Origin: Anolis carolinensis
Lineage: Eukaryota
Length of the DNA: 64,000 bases
Reading direction: 5' to 3'
Assembly: GCF_035594765.1 (NCBI RefSeq)
Contig: NC_085841.1
Coordinates: 247,400,689 to 247,464,688, forward strand
In this document: positions 1 to 13,125 of the stretch, piece by piece
How the letters are laid out: every line of letters starts with the position of its first letter
Position numbering within the stretch: the first letter of the stretch is position 1
The notes under the pieces: model-generated
What the model saw: the letters and a program-made list of their open reading frames with translations, nothing else
What the model was told of the DNA's origin: nothing
Database searches by the model: none
Position numbers and translations under genes: made by a program

Positions 1-578
1 GCCAAAAATACAAGTCATGCAGTCTTATTGTACACCTGGTATATTATGTGAAATTCTTTTTCAGCTAGTTGCTTCATTATTATTGTATATACAGAGGGGA
101 TGTTCTTCATAAATAGCTCGTCCAGCAGGCCAAAGCATACAAGATGTCATGAAAGAAATCTGGAATGCATGAAGGAAACAAAATAATGGTTGAGAAGCCA
201 ACCTGTGCCACATAAAAGGAAGTTACAGACCACATCTCAAGGGCAGGGACAGACTTGCTGAGTATTCTTAAGACTACAAGTTTTCATTGTAATATAGTAG
301 AAGCAGAGAAACCATTTGAATGTGCAGTATATAGTAACATTCAGTTATATCTTGTAAGTGCATAAAAGGTTAAAGGAAGCATGTTAGAAGGTTGCATACT
401 TTTTGTCTGTTTTTAACTAATGGTTCACAATAAAACTGAAAGAGAATTCTCTTGGGAATCTGTTTCTCTAAACTCAGGGTCATTAAGAGACTCAATATGA
501 TGCTTCCCTTTAGCACTGCAGTCCTTCCGACTCCCAAATTTTCTTAGAAAATGTATTATACTTTTGGTTACTCTTGAC

Positions 579-863
579 CAGTGGTCCCCAAACTTTTTAA
601 ACAGGGGGCCAGTTCATGGTCCCTCAGACCGTTTGAGGGCTGAACTATAGTTTTTTTTAAAAAAGTATGAACAAATTGACCTTGAAGGAACTGGGGGTGG
701 TGACGGCCGACAGGGAGCTCTGGCGTCGACTGGTCCATGAGGTCACGAAGAGTCTGAGACGACTAAACGACTGAGCAGCAGCAGGATGAACAAATTCCCA
801 TATGCACTGCACATATCGTATTTTGAAGTAAAAAAACAAAATGGGAACAAATAAAGCCTCAAT

Positions 864-902
<39 letters not shown>

Positions 903-1504
903 TAAAAAAAAAAGAGGGTTGGAAGAGACCCCTTGGATCATTTAGTCCAACCCCCTTCTACCTTTGTGCATCAAAAGCACAAGCAAAGCACCATTGACAG
1001 ATGGCCTCCCAGTCTCAATGTTGTTAATAATACTAATAATACTAATACTACTAATACTACTAATAATAATATATCACACAGTCCTAATTGCTTGGGAAGT
1101 GTTCAACTTGTGATTTTGTGATATGAAATCCAGCATATATATCTCATTTGCTGTGTTATACTGTGTCCTTCTGTCGATGATGATGATGAAGAGGAGGAGG
1201 AGGAGGGTTGGAGGAGACCCCTTGGATCATTTAGTCCAATCCCCTTCTGCCTTTGTGCACCAAAAGCACTAGAAAAGCACCCCTTAATAATTGATAATTA
1301 ATTAAAATACCATTATAAACAAGCAAAGCTTGGAAAGGCGCGCGCTAGGCGAGGAGGAGGTGGGAAAGGTACGCACCTTTCCCTCCTCCCTTGCTCCACA
1401 AGCACCTTCCTCGGTGGAGGAGGAGGGAGCCGCCACCGTGGGGGCCGGATAAATGGCTTCCATGGGCCGCATGTAGCCCCCGGGCCTTAGTTTGGGGACC
1501 CCTG
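579..1504. mobile_element. Non-autonomous hAT element (MITE) with nested LINE fragments
   Basis: TIRs CAGTGGTCCCCAAACT / AGTTTGGGGACCCCTG; perfect 8-bp TSD CTCTTGAC (571-578, 1505-1512). Confidence 0.9.
678..785 (+). mobile_element. 5'-truncated RTE-clade (BovB-related) LINE 3' end nested in the hAT MITE
   Basis: ...GACAGGGAGCTCTGGCG..GTCCATGAGGTCACGAAGAGTC..ACGACT + (GCA)n tail; 11-bp TSD ATGAACAAATT (667-677, 786-796). Confidence 0.8.
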
Positions 1505-2060
1505 CTCTTGACTGTCTTAGGCCTTGATCCCTTTCTCCATTGAATTTTGGACCACATTACAAACAGAAATAGAGAAGGTAGTTTTGTTCAGAAACAAAGA
1601 TTTGAAAATTGTACCCTAGTTTAAATATCCAAATCTATTGTATATTACATCATTTTATGTGATTGATTTTAGATTTCAAAATGGATTTTTCTAAACTTGA
1701 GTTCCAAAATGCAAGCAATGTTTTTCAGGTCCAAAATGAATACCTGCAGCATTTGAAAGAACAAGTTAATTTAATAGAGCTTTCCACTCCAAAGGATTTA
1801 AATTTAGTATAAATAGAATATTTCTAGTAATATTTAAAGTGGGAACACATTAAGACTAAAAGAGCTGACCGTTAGATATGAAGTAAATAATCGTTCATTT
1901 TTAATATGTGAATGTTTTCTCAGAAGTTTCAGGTTTCTACCCCAAGTATCAACATTACTTTGAGCTTAGTGAAAATGACAAGAAACAGTGTCCTAATTTA
2001 ATGGTGACTGAAATTTTGCTCTCATTTGCAAATATTTTTGTCCTTTTTTTTTTTTTACAG

Positions 2061-2168
2061 AAACATGATCAGGGTCAAGTTCTATTAGATGTAGTTTTCA
2101 GGCATCTTGATCTGACTGAGAGAGACTATTTTGGTTTACAATTGGCTGATGATTCTACTGATAACCCG
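2061..2168 (+). CDS. PTPN4: PTPN4 exon A (FERM N-lobe) [36 protein letters not shown]
   Basis: T-tract + ACAG acceptor, GTAAGT donor at 2169; 108 nt, phase 0/0. Confidence 0.96.
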
Positions 2169-4505
2169 GTAAGTTATAGGAATATTCTAAGCAAATTCTT
2201 CATCTTTGCTGTGTTTTTTTTTTAAAAAGTTTGAGGCCAGATTTTGCTGAACAGGTAACCCATTTGATCTGTATTCCTAGGTTTGTTCATTCTGGTTTGC
2301 TTTTCATTTAATTATATCAATGCTAGAAGGCAAAACAAATGTATTGTAAAACTGTTATAAGGTTGGCCTACTGAGACTTCTTATACTTTGTGTTCTTTTT
2401 TTGTCTCTTTTTTATGAGTCCTTAGGCACATAAGAATTGGAAGTACATGTACATCAGTATTCTTGGTGATGGGTGCTATATAATAATTGAAGTGCTTATT
2501 CAAATTATCATTTATGCCGAGCTTGTCTTTGGAGTTATGGAATCCTGTGTATTTGCTAGCATTCACTAGTGATGCAATCCTAAACATGTTTACAACCTCA
2601 CTGTAATTTTAAACCCTAGAATTTTAAAGGCCTAACTTTATATTGTCATTTATGAATTGTCGATGAATATGACTGGAATTTTGTTGTGTATATGTTTTTC
2701 TGTACGGTTTTATCAGATGTGCTGTGTTTAATTGTTTTTATGTTTTCATGAAAGACAGGATGTAAAGGGATTAATACTTAGTCAACAGTATTTCTCATTA
2801 ACTTCAATGGAGTTTATGCAAGGAAAGGACATAATCAGTGGGACATATCATTTTTTCTGAACTGTGCAGCTTTCTTGGTGTCTTTTGAAAAGTGAATAAT
2901 AGAATGAAAGGGAGAGAGATGTGTCATTAGCAAAACAGCGAAATCTAGCACCAAATCCTGGCTGACTGTTCCCAGTGGCTTTGTGTGGGTCTAGATACCG
3001 TACTTTCTCCACTTGCCCTTCTGGAGGAATTAGAACATAATCCCCTTTAAGAGATGCTTTTTTCAGTACCCATCACTCAATTCGACAGTCCTCATTTGGT
3101 AATTCTTTTATACCGTGCTCAACAAGCATCCAGCAAATAAGTGATTGTTCTTGGTTTGGTTCCAATGAATGAGATAATAATTTAACATTTTCCTACCTAT
3201 TTTAACTTCTTCTATATATGTTGTATATATTTAGTTTTCCTGTTGCCATGCTGAAAGTGTTCGGCAGACTCTTAGTAAACAAGAGGCATTTCACAGATCA
3301 TTGAACTATGCATATATTACAGATTGCAAAATGGAGTAGAAATAAAACAGTTTCTAAGTCTATTCAAGCCTCTTCCTCTCTTCTCCATTCCCATGGCCTT
3401 TCATTTTATATAAGAATGGAGTAAACTAAGAATGTTGAGGAAGTTGAAGAAACAAGAAAACAGAAGATCCCTTAGTGTTAATTTAGCCTGCTGTTCCTAG
3501 TGGGTGAATCTGAGGGGCTTCAGAATAAGCAAAGTAATGTGGCAGGTATTAGTTTGAGACTGTAAAACTTAGCACAAACTTCGGTAGATGTTTGCTTCAT
3601 GAACAGTCATATCATCCAAAATCCTGGAACTTGATACACAAATCATATAATTCCTATGTTTTTTTTGTAACACTGAGCATCAAATCTATGAGGTTGCTTT
3701 GTTCTGGTCTTCTTTGTGACATTTTACAATCTTTTTGGCTTTTTAGTGTTTGAAGTCATGCTTCTACAGCTATGCTTCTCAGTACTTACAACAGAGATAA
3801 CTTTTTATTTCTCTAGATCTTTGTATATTCTGGAAGTAATAAAATGTCTTTCTTCTACAAAGTCCCTTTTCATGAGTTCTCTGATAGGGAAACAGGAATA
3901 GGATGGAAGGATCAATAGCAACTTGAGACAATTTCTGAGATAAATATTTGGACTCCCTTTGAATTTCAAAATAAGCTTGTGCTTCTGATGATACCATGAT
4001 CCTTAGTTTAATTAAAAGGGAACCAAGATCAGTGTCACTACATATCATTATCCAAAATGAAAAGATCTTATTTTAAATTGTCAGCATAAACCTGTAATTG
4101 AAACAGGTTGGGGCTGTTTGAGTTTTATTTTCACAGTGATTGTATTTGTGTATATATCTGGCAAAATTGATGTGTCAGTAAAATGTTTTAGGCACTTGTC
4201 CATCTCATGTACCCTGGCAGTGTAAAATACATGGGAGGGGGGGGGGGGTAAGGGGGCAGGAGTGGCCTAAATATCATCACCATCACCACCATCATCATTT
4301 TTTACTCACCTCTTCCCCAGAATCAGGACAGGGAACAATAAGATATTAAAATACAATAAAATACAGCATATTAACATACAATATCTACTACACATACCAC
4401 ATGAACTGGTCAAACCATCAGTTTAAAAGAACATATACAGCCAATACTTATTTAAAAAGAAGTACATAATTTAAAATTCGGCCAGAAGATATTGGTCTTT
4501 AGTCT

Positions 4506-5986
4506 TCTATATATATAAAAATGTTCTGATAGTTTTCCCCTTAACTTAAACAACAAAAGTACACAATCAAAACACACCAAATTTGGCCACAAAAGACATG
4601 GTCATCCGCACTGTGTTTTTACATTAAAAAAACAAGAAAAATAAAGTCCTAATTAGAGGGCAAGGAATAACTGTTTCTTTCCCATTGTTGCCAGTTAGAA
4701 GGCTAAGCTCCACCCACTTTGTCTCCTAGCAACCCACTCAGCCATTTAATGGCACCCAGGGCCTCTGCAATCAGGCCTCTTCCACACTGCCTATAAAATA
4801 CAGATTATCTGATTTGAAATGGATTATATGGCAGTGTAGACTCAAGGCCCTTCCACACAGCTATATTACCCATTTATAATCTTATATTATCTGTTTTGAA
4901 CTGGATTATCTTGAGTCCACACTGCCATATAATCCACTTCAGTGTGCATTTTATACAACTGTGTCGAAGGAGCCTCATATAATCCAGTTCTAAGCAGATA
5001 ATATAAGATTATAAATATACAGTAGAGTCTCACTTATCCAACATAAACACCCCAGCAGAACGTTGGATAAGCAAATATGTTGGATAATAAGAAGGGATTA
5101 AGGAAAAGTCTATTGAACGTCAAATTATGTTATGATTTTACAAATTAAGCACCAAAACATCATGTTATACAACAAATTTGACAGAAAAAGTAGTTCAATG
5201 CGCGGTAATGCTATGTAGTAATTACTGTATTTACGAGTTTAGCACCAAAATATCACAATGTATTGAAAACATTGTCTACAAAAACATTGACTACTAAAAG
5301 GCCCACTACGTTGGATAGTCAAGAATGTTGGATAAGTGAGACTCTACTGTAATATGAAATAATTACTGTGGTATAATAATACAGAACAATATGATCTCTA
5401 AAACCAGGACAGTAAATAAAGAGCAACACTCTGAAAGCAGGGAAATTGGGAATTCCAGTAAGGAAACAATCAGGGCCAGCTAACACTTCCCAACAAAGGA
5501 TTCTCCCAGGCAGGAAGCAAACAGACTTTGAAGCTACAAGGCCATTAAATGCTAATCAAGGTGCCTAATTGCAGCATTTATACCTGCCACACTGAGACTA
5601 TTAATTACTATTCAAACTGGCCAACCAAGGATTCCGCGAGGTAGAAAGCGGCCAGGCTTGCAAGCAGCAAGGCTATTCAGTGCTATTCAACCTGGCCAAA
5701 CAAGATTTCCCCTAGATAGAACGCCCCCCCCCCAAAAAAAACAAAACAAAACTCTGAAGCCATGAGGCTACTCCGTCCCATACAACCAGGCCTAGAAAGG
5801 ATGCCCTATGTAGAAAGCGGTCAGGCTTTTAAGCTGCAAGACTATTCAGTGCAGTTCAAGATGGCCAAACAATAATTCTACTAAGGAAGTAGCCAGGCTT
5901 CAAACTGCAAGGCTATTCACTGCTATTCCACTTGGCCAACAAATGATTCCCATAAGCCACAGCAACGCGTGGCTGGGCAAAGCTAG
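4506..5986 (+). mobile_element. Non-autonomous Helitron (copy 1)
   Basis: 5' TCTATATATATAAAA; 3' GC-rich hairpin GCCACAGCAACGCGTGGC followed by CTAG|T; no TSD; internally homologous to 33531-35538. Confidence 0.8.
5020..5349. mobile_element. Tc1/mariner (pogo/Tigger-like) MITE inside Helitron copy 1
   Basis: TIR CAGTAGAGTCTCACTTATCCAAC at both ends, flanked by TA. Confidence 0.9.
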
Positions 5987-8900
5987 TGATATTTTAAATT
6001 CAGTGATGGGTAGATTACAATGCATACTATATGTTGTAGGGTCTATTTCAGAGGAAGGAAATGGCAAAACCATCTCCTTGCCTATGAAAACTGATGAAAT
6101 CCCAAGTTGTCATTGGTTGATAAGTAACTTGCCATAAGGGAGGAGTGTTCATCATTGATGTTGAACTGAATGCCCTGGATGAGTAGTCAGCCTATCAGAA
6201 AGTCAAATACCATGTTTCAGATTTTACTTGGTAATTGGTGCTTTTTATAAGGGACAGAAACAAAACTAAGACTATGAGTACCTTCTGTAAACATCTATTT
6301 TTACCCTATAACTACCTTTTAATTAATTTGCTAAGAGAGACAGTATATCATATGATCAATACAGTCATAGTAACTATACCTGTATTGGTTTTGTTTATTT
6401 CACCTCGTATTGTTGACTAGTGCATGAAATGAGAAGCAGTGATATTTACGGATATTATTTTATGAATTGCTGTTTTGATCTGAATCTAAAAGCATACATT
6501 CAAGCCTGGTTCTATTTCAAATATTCTACAGACTCTATGATCATTTGATTATTACTTAAAGTTCAGTATTGGAGAAATTCTATTTCTCATTTGTCAGCCA
6601 GGTCAAAGTGAGTCTTAGTCTTCACTTTTCCTGCAGTGTTTATTTCTGTAGCTTATTTCATAACAGCCACTATTTGTAGTAATCAACTAAGCATTTACTA
6701 AGTTAATGTATACTTCTGAAATAGTGGTTGTAATGGGCAACAATGGTTATTTCTGCAAAAATTTAGTAAATATTTTAATCTTATTTAATTACTTGAAAAG
6801 CACTTAGTGATGACCTGTATAATATGGCATATGGACAAAATATCATGCAATACTACAGAGACAGACACATGTTAGATACATGTTTAAAGATCAAAACTGA
6901 TGAAGACCTCTTAAAACAAGTAATGTCCACCTTGCAATAATTTAATCTTAATAGAATTGTTGTACCAGAAAAATTAGTTAGTATATCAGTTGTATACAAA
7001 CGTTAAATTTGAATTGTTTCCCTGGTAGCTCTCTAAATCAGCTAAAGTTAGGAGAATATATCTTGTGAAATGTTGAATGTTTTAAAAAAACATTGCATTG
7101 TTTGCAACAGTGACAAAATTAATATAAAATTATAAACATCTTATTTCTCTTAGAAGAAAAAAAAATGCAGTTTTGTTTCCGTTGTTTATTTTGTTTGTAA
7201 AAATGTCAAACTGGGTCTCAGTGGAGCTCAAATTACACATTGCACTTAAATGAAAAGGTAAAGATCAATATGTGTGCATCTAGTAAACTGCAGGTCTTGG
7301 ATGTAGGCCATCATATTCTGACAGTATTGCTGACACTGTACTTGATGCTTTAAAGTGAATGAACAGCTGTGTAATGTTCATGTTAGGTTGATGTTGGGTC
7401 AAGTGAATAAGGGTTAAGCCAGAAGACTAGGGCAGGGGAAGGTAGCAGAAGCAGACCTGATTTGCCATATTTGGTAGTTTTTCTCATTTCTGGAACCTTG
7501 CTGAATTTACCTACAAATGCTGACAGTTCTTGTTTAAACTTGGTCTTGTTTACATTTTTTTTTGCAGTATTCTATAATGCCACATTTTAGAACTGCCCGA
7601 GAAATTAAAAGGGAGCTGAATTTCAAACTGGATGGTTGGCCCAATGGACTGAGAAAATATTCACTAGAACAATTATAGAAGCCAGGTTAAGATACCAGCC
7701 TGCAGGGAAAGTCACATTTTGTAGGCCAAGGGGGTTTTGGGTTATTTGAAGATATTTCTCAAGATGGTGGGCAGCTCTTATACATTCACCTTATTTACAG
7801 GTAAAAACTGCAGTTTTTTAATTTATTAAACCATTTCTATTCTACCCTTTACCATAGGATTTCAAAATATTTTGCACCTCTTTTAGTGTTCAAAAGCTCT
7901 TCATGTTGACCTGCTTTACAAAATTAAATAGTGAACATCCATCTGTTCTTGCATCCATAATCTCTTCTAACCTAAATATCATTTTACTCTGTGCAATAAT
8001 TTGATTCATTTTAAAGTATCCCCTGTTGCTGATTAAACAGATTATTTTCACTATGATGCACATATTTTAAAACGTTCTGCTTTATATTTTAAGAAACCAA
8101 TTTTAATGTATAAACTACAGACTTAAGTTTGGTTCACACATCCATTCTTCTAATCCTGTAATTTCACAAATAAAAAGGAAAACCATTGATAACTTGTAGA
8201 ACATCATCAAATACCTCAGATCACATCATTAAATAGCATGTTAGAATAACATACTTTTTATTATTACTGAGTTGTTGCTAAAGGGTAGGTTGTTCTTTGT
8301 AGATTTTGTTTGGTTTTGCTTTATTGGGATTTTTTTACGCACATATTTATATTGAGTGTACCAGCTTAGATGACAGATCCTTTGTTATGATAAAGCTTCT
8401 ACCCGCCAGTCTGTAAAGTCTAAGGCCTGGAAATCAGTGGCCTAGAAAGTAATCCTTGAATGTTCCACATATGGTCAGTGATATATCCCTTGGCTCACAG
8501 TTTGAGACAGAGACAGAATTGGACAAGTGTTATTTCCTGAAGAAATTACATCTATTTTAAACAGGATGTGTGTGGCCTTTTGATTGTCTAATCATCATTG
8601 TGCACATCTGATGTCCAGCAACAGAGCCCAATGTTTCTTTCCTCCTGCTATCATTGCTCATCATCTGTGTCCCTATACCCTCACTTATTAACATCAAAAA
8701 TGTTTGCAAAACCTACATGTTTAGTAGTAGAGTGCTTTAGATGCAGCAAAATCCAAAACCAAATAAAATTGATTTGGAAAGATTCAGAGCACAGTCTAAC
8801 TGCAGAAAGCTCCTTCAAAAACAGTCTATATTTGAACCTTACCAAGCATGTTAAGAGTTTTTATAGCATTTTTGGAATTAGAGATGGGATAGCATTCAAT

Positions 8901-9640
8901 GCTGATTGGAAAATGATGGGTATTCAAGTGCTTTTTGTCACTGTGTGTTCCACATCCAATGACTATCCCTATTTCATTGTACGTCCTGGTACCACTGGAA
9001 TTTTTCAAGTAATTTATCATAAATTGATATGTACCCAGATTCTGCACTAGTCCTTCTAAAAATAAATCTTATCTTGGATATCTCTTTGGCATGTATATTG
9101 TTTTAATACAAATTACTCAAAAATGAGGTTTACATAATATAAAAGCTGCTGGGGGGGGTTCAATGCTTCTTTTCTGTATCTTGCTTTTATAACAATTGTC
9201 TGCAAAAATCTAGGAGGATAATAATTGTTTTGAAAGACCCCCAAATTGGCTAAAGCTTCTTTTACTTGTTTACCTACAGTGGAGCATATGTGATCCCATC
9301 AGGAGAAATTTCTGGCTTTCATCCAATTCTGCCAATTAATATAAATTTGGCAAAGATGTGTAAAAATATGTATAATAAAAAATACAGGTAGATACTGCAG
9401 ATACCCTGCATGTATTAGGCACAATCTGACAGGGAGAAAATTATAGCTGTTAATTTCTAATTCTATTCATTGGGAGGTACAATGATTGAGTCATATGGAT
9501 GAAGACTTGTACATAGACTTAAGTCAAATTAAATGTCTTCTAAATTACTCTAAATTAAATCAACTGACAAATGATACAAACAGAATCATATGTTTTTGGA
9601 ATGAATGTTGACTTTTTATATTACATATAACAATTGACAT

Positions 9641-10122
9641 AACTGCAGCCAGATTGTTAACTGGGGTTAGCTACAGGAGTTGCACAGCTCCCTCCTTGCA
9701 ACAGCTCAAGCGTATCTCACTGCACAAACCTGGCTGGGCTCTGAGATCGTCAGATGCTCTTCTCTCAGTCGCACCACCATCACAAGAGAAGGTCTTCTCC
9801 GTGGGCGCCCCAAAGATCTGGAACTCTTTTTCCAGGAAGACCAGAATGGCCCCCTCGTTGTCCTTCCAGTGGCAGACTAAAACCAATTTATTCTGGCATG
9901 GTTTTAAAACACAAGTTTTTAAGAGGTGCTGCATGATATTAGCTAATTGTTTTTAACCACTTTTATGTATTTATTTTAATATTTTAACTGAATTGTTTTA
10001 ATACTTATGACATGTGTAATTTTGTTTTAATGTGTTATATGTTTTTAATTGTATAGTTTTAAAGTTATGAGTGACTTTGGGTCTCAGTCCTGATGAAAAA
10101 AGCCGAGTACAAGTAATAATAA
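9641..10122 (+). mobile_element. Degraded L2 LINE 3' fragment
   Basis: Translates to AARLLTG...LRSSDALLSV...FSVGAPKIWNS, the L2 ORF2 C-terminal signature, followed by an AT-rich 3'UTR; boundaries approximate. Confidence 0.7.
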
Positions 10123-10914
10123 CATCAACAGCACAGTACAGATTGAATATCAAAAACGTTTCAGAAAATGTTGCTCAGTTTTTCTTTGTTACATTATGTG
10201 TATCTCTAATGGAAGCTGTTCCGGAATAAAAGTGTATTTGACTTACTGTCCAATCAAAGTTTGTCCTGAAAAACAGATCTTTTGATATGGGGAAAATAAA
10301 CTGTACCTGGAGTATAAAGTACTTGTTTGATTAATATGACTCCACATTCAAAGTAGTGTGCTTAGTTTCAGTAGCTAGAATGGTCTTATCTTATAGACTT
10401 CTCCATTGTGCTCCCTCTAGTGTTAAGTTTAACTGCTGTTTTATATGGCAGTGCTTCTTGGGCTCTCTGATATGAGGAACTGGTAATATGTTTTCCTCAG
10501 TGGACCAGAAACTGATACCGTATTTGTGCCAATTGACCCCAGTTCTTTCTTTTGTTCCTGGGAATTCGCTGCAAACTAGTAACCAATGGTTCGGGGATTG
10601 GCCCTAGTTCAAGGACAACCACTGTGGGGAGCACTAATGTAACAGACTGATTTCAAGCAGAAATCAGGGAAGATCTGTGTATACCAGTCAAATTTCATTT
10701 ATTTTGCACATTCTTGGAAACAAGATAGAAATAATTACAAAACCAAATGTGAAATGATGCTCATGATAGTTCTTCAGCAGGTGGTTTTATCTTTTTGTCT
10801 TTTTATGGAGTTTGAAAAAGTACAATTGGAAAATAACCAAGAAATATAGGCATTAAAATAGTATTGGCTTTCTCGGGGTGCCATTAAATTTTTTTTATAA
10901 GAATAAGTACTAGA

Positions 10915-11267
10915 CTTATATACTCAAGTATAAGCCGAGTTTTTTGGCTCCTTTTTAGAGCTGAAAAAGCCCCCCTTGGCTTATAATCGAATGAGAGTTA
11001 TATTCAGGTTGGCTTCTACTCGAGTATATAATCAGTGTTGGATAGTTTTAACTTAAATTACAGTTTTATGTAAATATTCGAAAACATTTAACTTACTGAT
11101 GCCTCAATTAATGTAATTTTATTGGTATCTATTTTTATTTTTTATTTTTGTAATTTACCAGTATCTGCTACACCCTCGTCTTATACTCGACTCAATAAGT
11201 TTTCCCAGTTTTTTGTGGTAGGTGCTGCAGCTTATATTCAGATTGGCTTATACTCGAGCATATACGG
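10915..11267. mobile_element. Tc1/mariner (Tc2-like) MITE
   Basis: Degenerate TIRs TATATACTCAAGTATAAGCCGA ... TGGCTTATACTCGAGCATATACGG|TA. Confidence 0.65.
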
Positions 11268-11497
11268 TAATAACAATTCCAGTAACAGTATTGTTAGGTT
11301 GATAAGGATTTTCTAATTGCCACATTACAGTTTGAGCTCAGTGGCAGGGAAACTAAACTAGTTAAGTAATCTATAGTTAGTTTGGAGTTGTCTCAAGTTA
11401 TGTTTATCCTGTATAGTCAGTTGCTATATGAGCTATATACAACAGCAGGTAGTGAGTTTTTACAAAGCAGTCACTTAGCACTCTGTATGACATCTAT

Positions 11498-11713
11498 GGA
11501 TGCATTTACACTGCAGAATTAATGCAGTTTGACACTACTTTAACTTCTATGGATCAATGCTGTGGAATGATCAGAATTGTAGTTTTGTTAAAGCTTTTTG
11601 CCTTCTTTGCCAAAGAGTGCTGGTGGCTCACGAAACTACAACTTGCATGATCCACAGCATTATGGCAGTTGAAGTGATGTCAAATTGCATGAATTGTGCA
11701 GTGTAGATGTGCT
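11498..11713. mobile_element. Palindromic (fold-back) MITE, GGTGCATCTACACTG-type
   Basis: Long self-complementary arms (TACACTGCAGAATTAATGCAGTTTGACAC... / ...GTCAAATTGCATGAATTGTGCAGTGTAGA); sister copies at 12908 and 56602. Confidence 0.75.
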
Positions 11714-11904
11714 TCCAGAGCAAAGACAAATGATTATCTTGGTCTAGCTGTCAAAGAAGAATGTGTTATATATGTAGTACGTGATTTGGTCCTATAAATC
11801 CTGCAAAACACGTATGTATGCTCATCTTGTCTTGAGAAGTACTGCAATAATCATGTTTGCTGTTTTGGAGAATACACATAATGATTTTTTCCCTTTCTTT
11901 CCAG

Positions 11905-11947
11905 AGGTGGCTGGATCCAAACAAGCCTATCAGGAAACAATTGAAGA
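11905..11947 (+). CDS. PTPN4: PTPN4 exon B RWLDPNKPIRKQLK
   Basis: TTTCCAG acceptor, GTAAGA donor; 43 nt; FERM WL motif. Confidence 0.95.
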
Positions 11948-12043
11948 GTAAGAAAAATATTTTTATTTACAATGAATAGAAATACCTACATATTTTTATT
12001 TTTCTTATATACTGTACTAATGAAGTGTTTTGGTTGATTTTAG

Positions 12044-12122
12044 GAGGATCGCCTCACAGTTTGAACTTCAGAGTCAAATTTTTTGTAAGCGATCCTAATA
12101 AACTTCAAGAAGAATACACACG
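12044..12122 (+). CDS. PTPN4: PTPN4 exon C (R)GSPHSLNFRVKFFVSDPNKLQEEYT(R)
   Basis: TTTTAG acceptor after a 96-nt intron, GTATCA donor; 79 nt. Confidence 0.95.
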
Positions 12123-12907
12123 GTATCAGTTTCTCTCTTATTTTAATATGTCAGCTTGATGTTTTTATTATGTTGTTATATAGTATAGATATACCTTAAT
12201 TAGCAAGTGTGGTGTGTTTCTGGGCTTTACTTTTTTTGCAGAAAATTCAGTTTTAGAACCAGAAATTACTTGAAAAGAATAGAGATAGTATGTACACCAT
12301 GTAAAAAAGAGCAATTTATTCAAAACTTGAAAAAATATGTACGTAAAAGGTAAAAGCCTAACATTCTGAACCTTCTAGAGAACATATGAAAGGCTTAAAT
12401 ATACATCCGGGGACAAGTTTTTTAATTTCACTTACTGATACTGCTGGTTTCCTTATAATTTTCATTTTGATTATGAGCTTTATATATTTATGTTTTTTAA
12501 TTCTTCTTTTAACTGGATATAGCTGGTAAGGCAAGCTTACCTCTGTCTCTTTTGGACTGTTTTATAGTCATGGTTTTATATTCATGGTTTCAGCTGAATA
12601 TAACCTGGTCTTTACTTATCTATCATCCAACTGTTGATGCTACCTTGATTACGGAGGACTAGTTGCTTGAAGACCAGTTCAGATGTTTTCTCAGCCATAG
12701 ATCAGGAGTGCAACAGTTACTTTCTTGTACTATATTGTCAGAGAAAAGAAACCCACTGCCAACCTATTTTATTCTATGCTGTAAGCCATTTTTGCTTAGC
12801 CCTGGTTTGATAGCAGTAAACAAGGCAGCAGGAGGGAAACAAGTTTAACCGGGGAGTATAATGGAATTATACAGCTGGATTTCAGTACTTCTGCCCAAGC
12901 ATCTCAC

Positions 12908-13125
12908 GGTTCTTCTACACTGTGGAATTAATTTAGTTTAACACCACTTTAGCCACCATGGCTCAGTGCTATGGAATCATGGGACTTGTGGTTCACAAGG
13001 TCTATAGCCTTCTTTACCAAAGAGTGATGGCATCTCACCATACTGCAAATCCCAGGATTCCACATCATTGAGGCATGGCAGTTAAAGTGGTGTCAAACTG
13101 CATTAATTCAACAGTATAGATAATC
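12908..13125. mobile_element. Palindromic MITE, same family as 11498-11713
   Basis: Self-complementary arms ACACCACTTTAGCCACCATGGCTCAGTG / CATTGAGGCATGGCAGTTAAAGTGGTGT. Confidence 0.75.

Noticed and set aside
5500-5951. CRISPR-like repeat array
   Set aside because: Vertebrate intron; units are degenerate tandem copies without unique spacers, and there are no cas genes.
6898-6930. Other CTGATGA/CTGAAGA cores (also ~10091, ~40620, ~44430, ~61840) as additional hammerheads
   Set aside because: No stem II followed by GAAA, or no stem III/UH. Only the 22744-22809 motif closes all three stems. My scan was by eye and not exhaustive.
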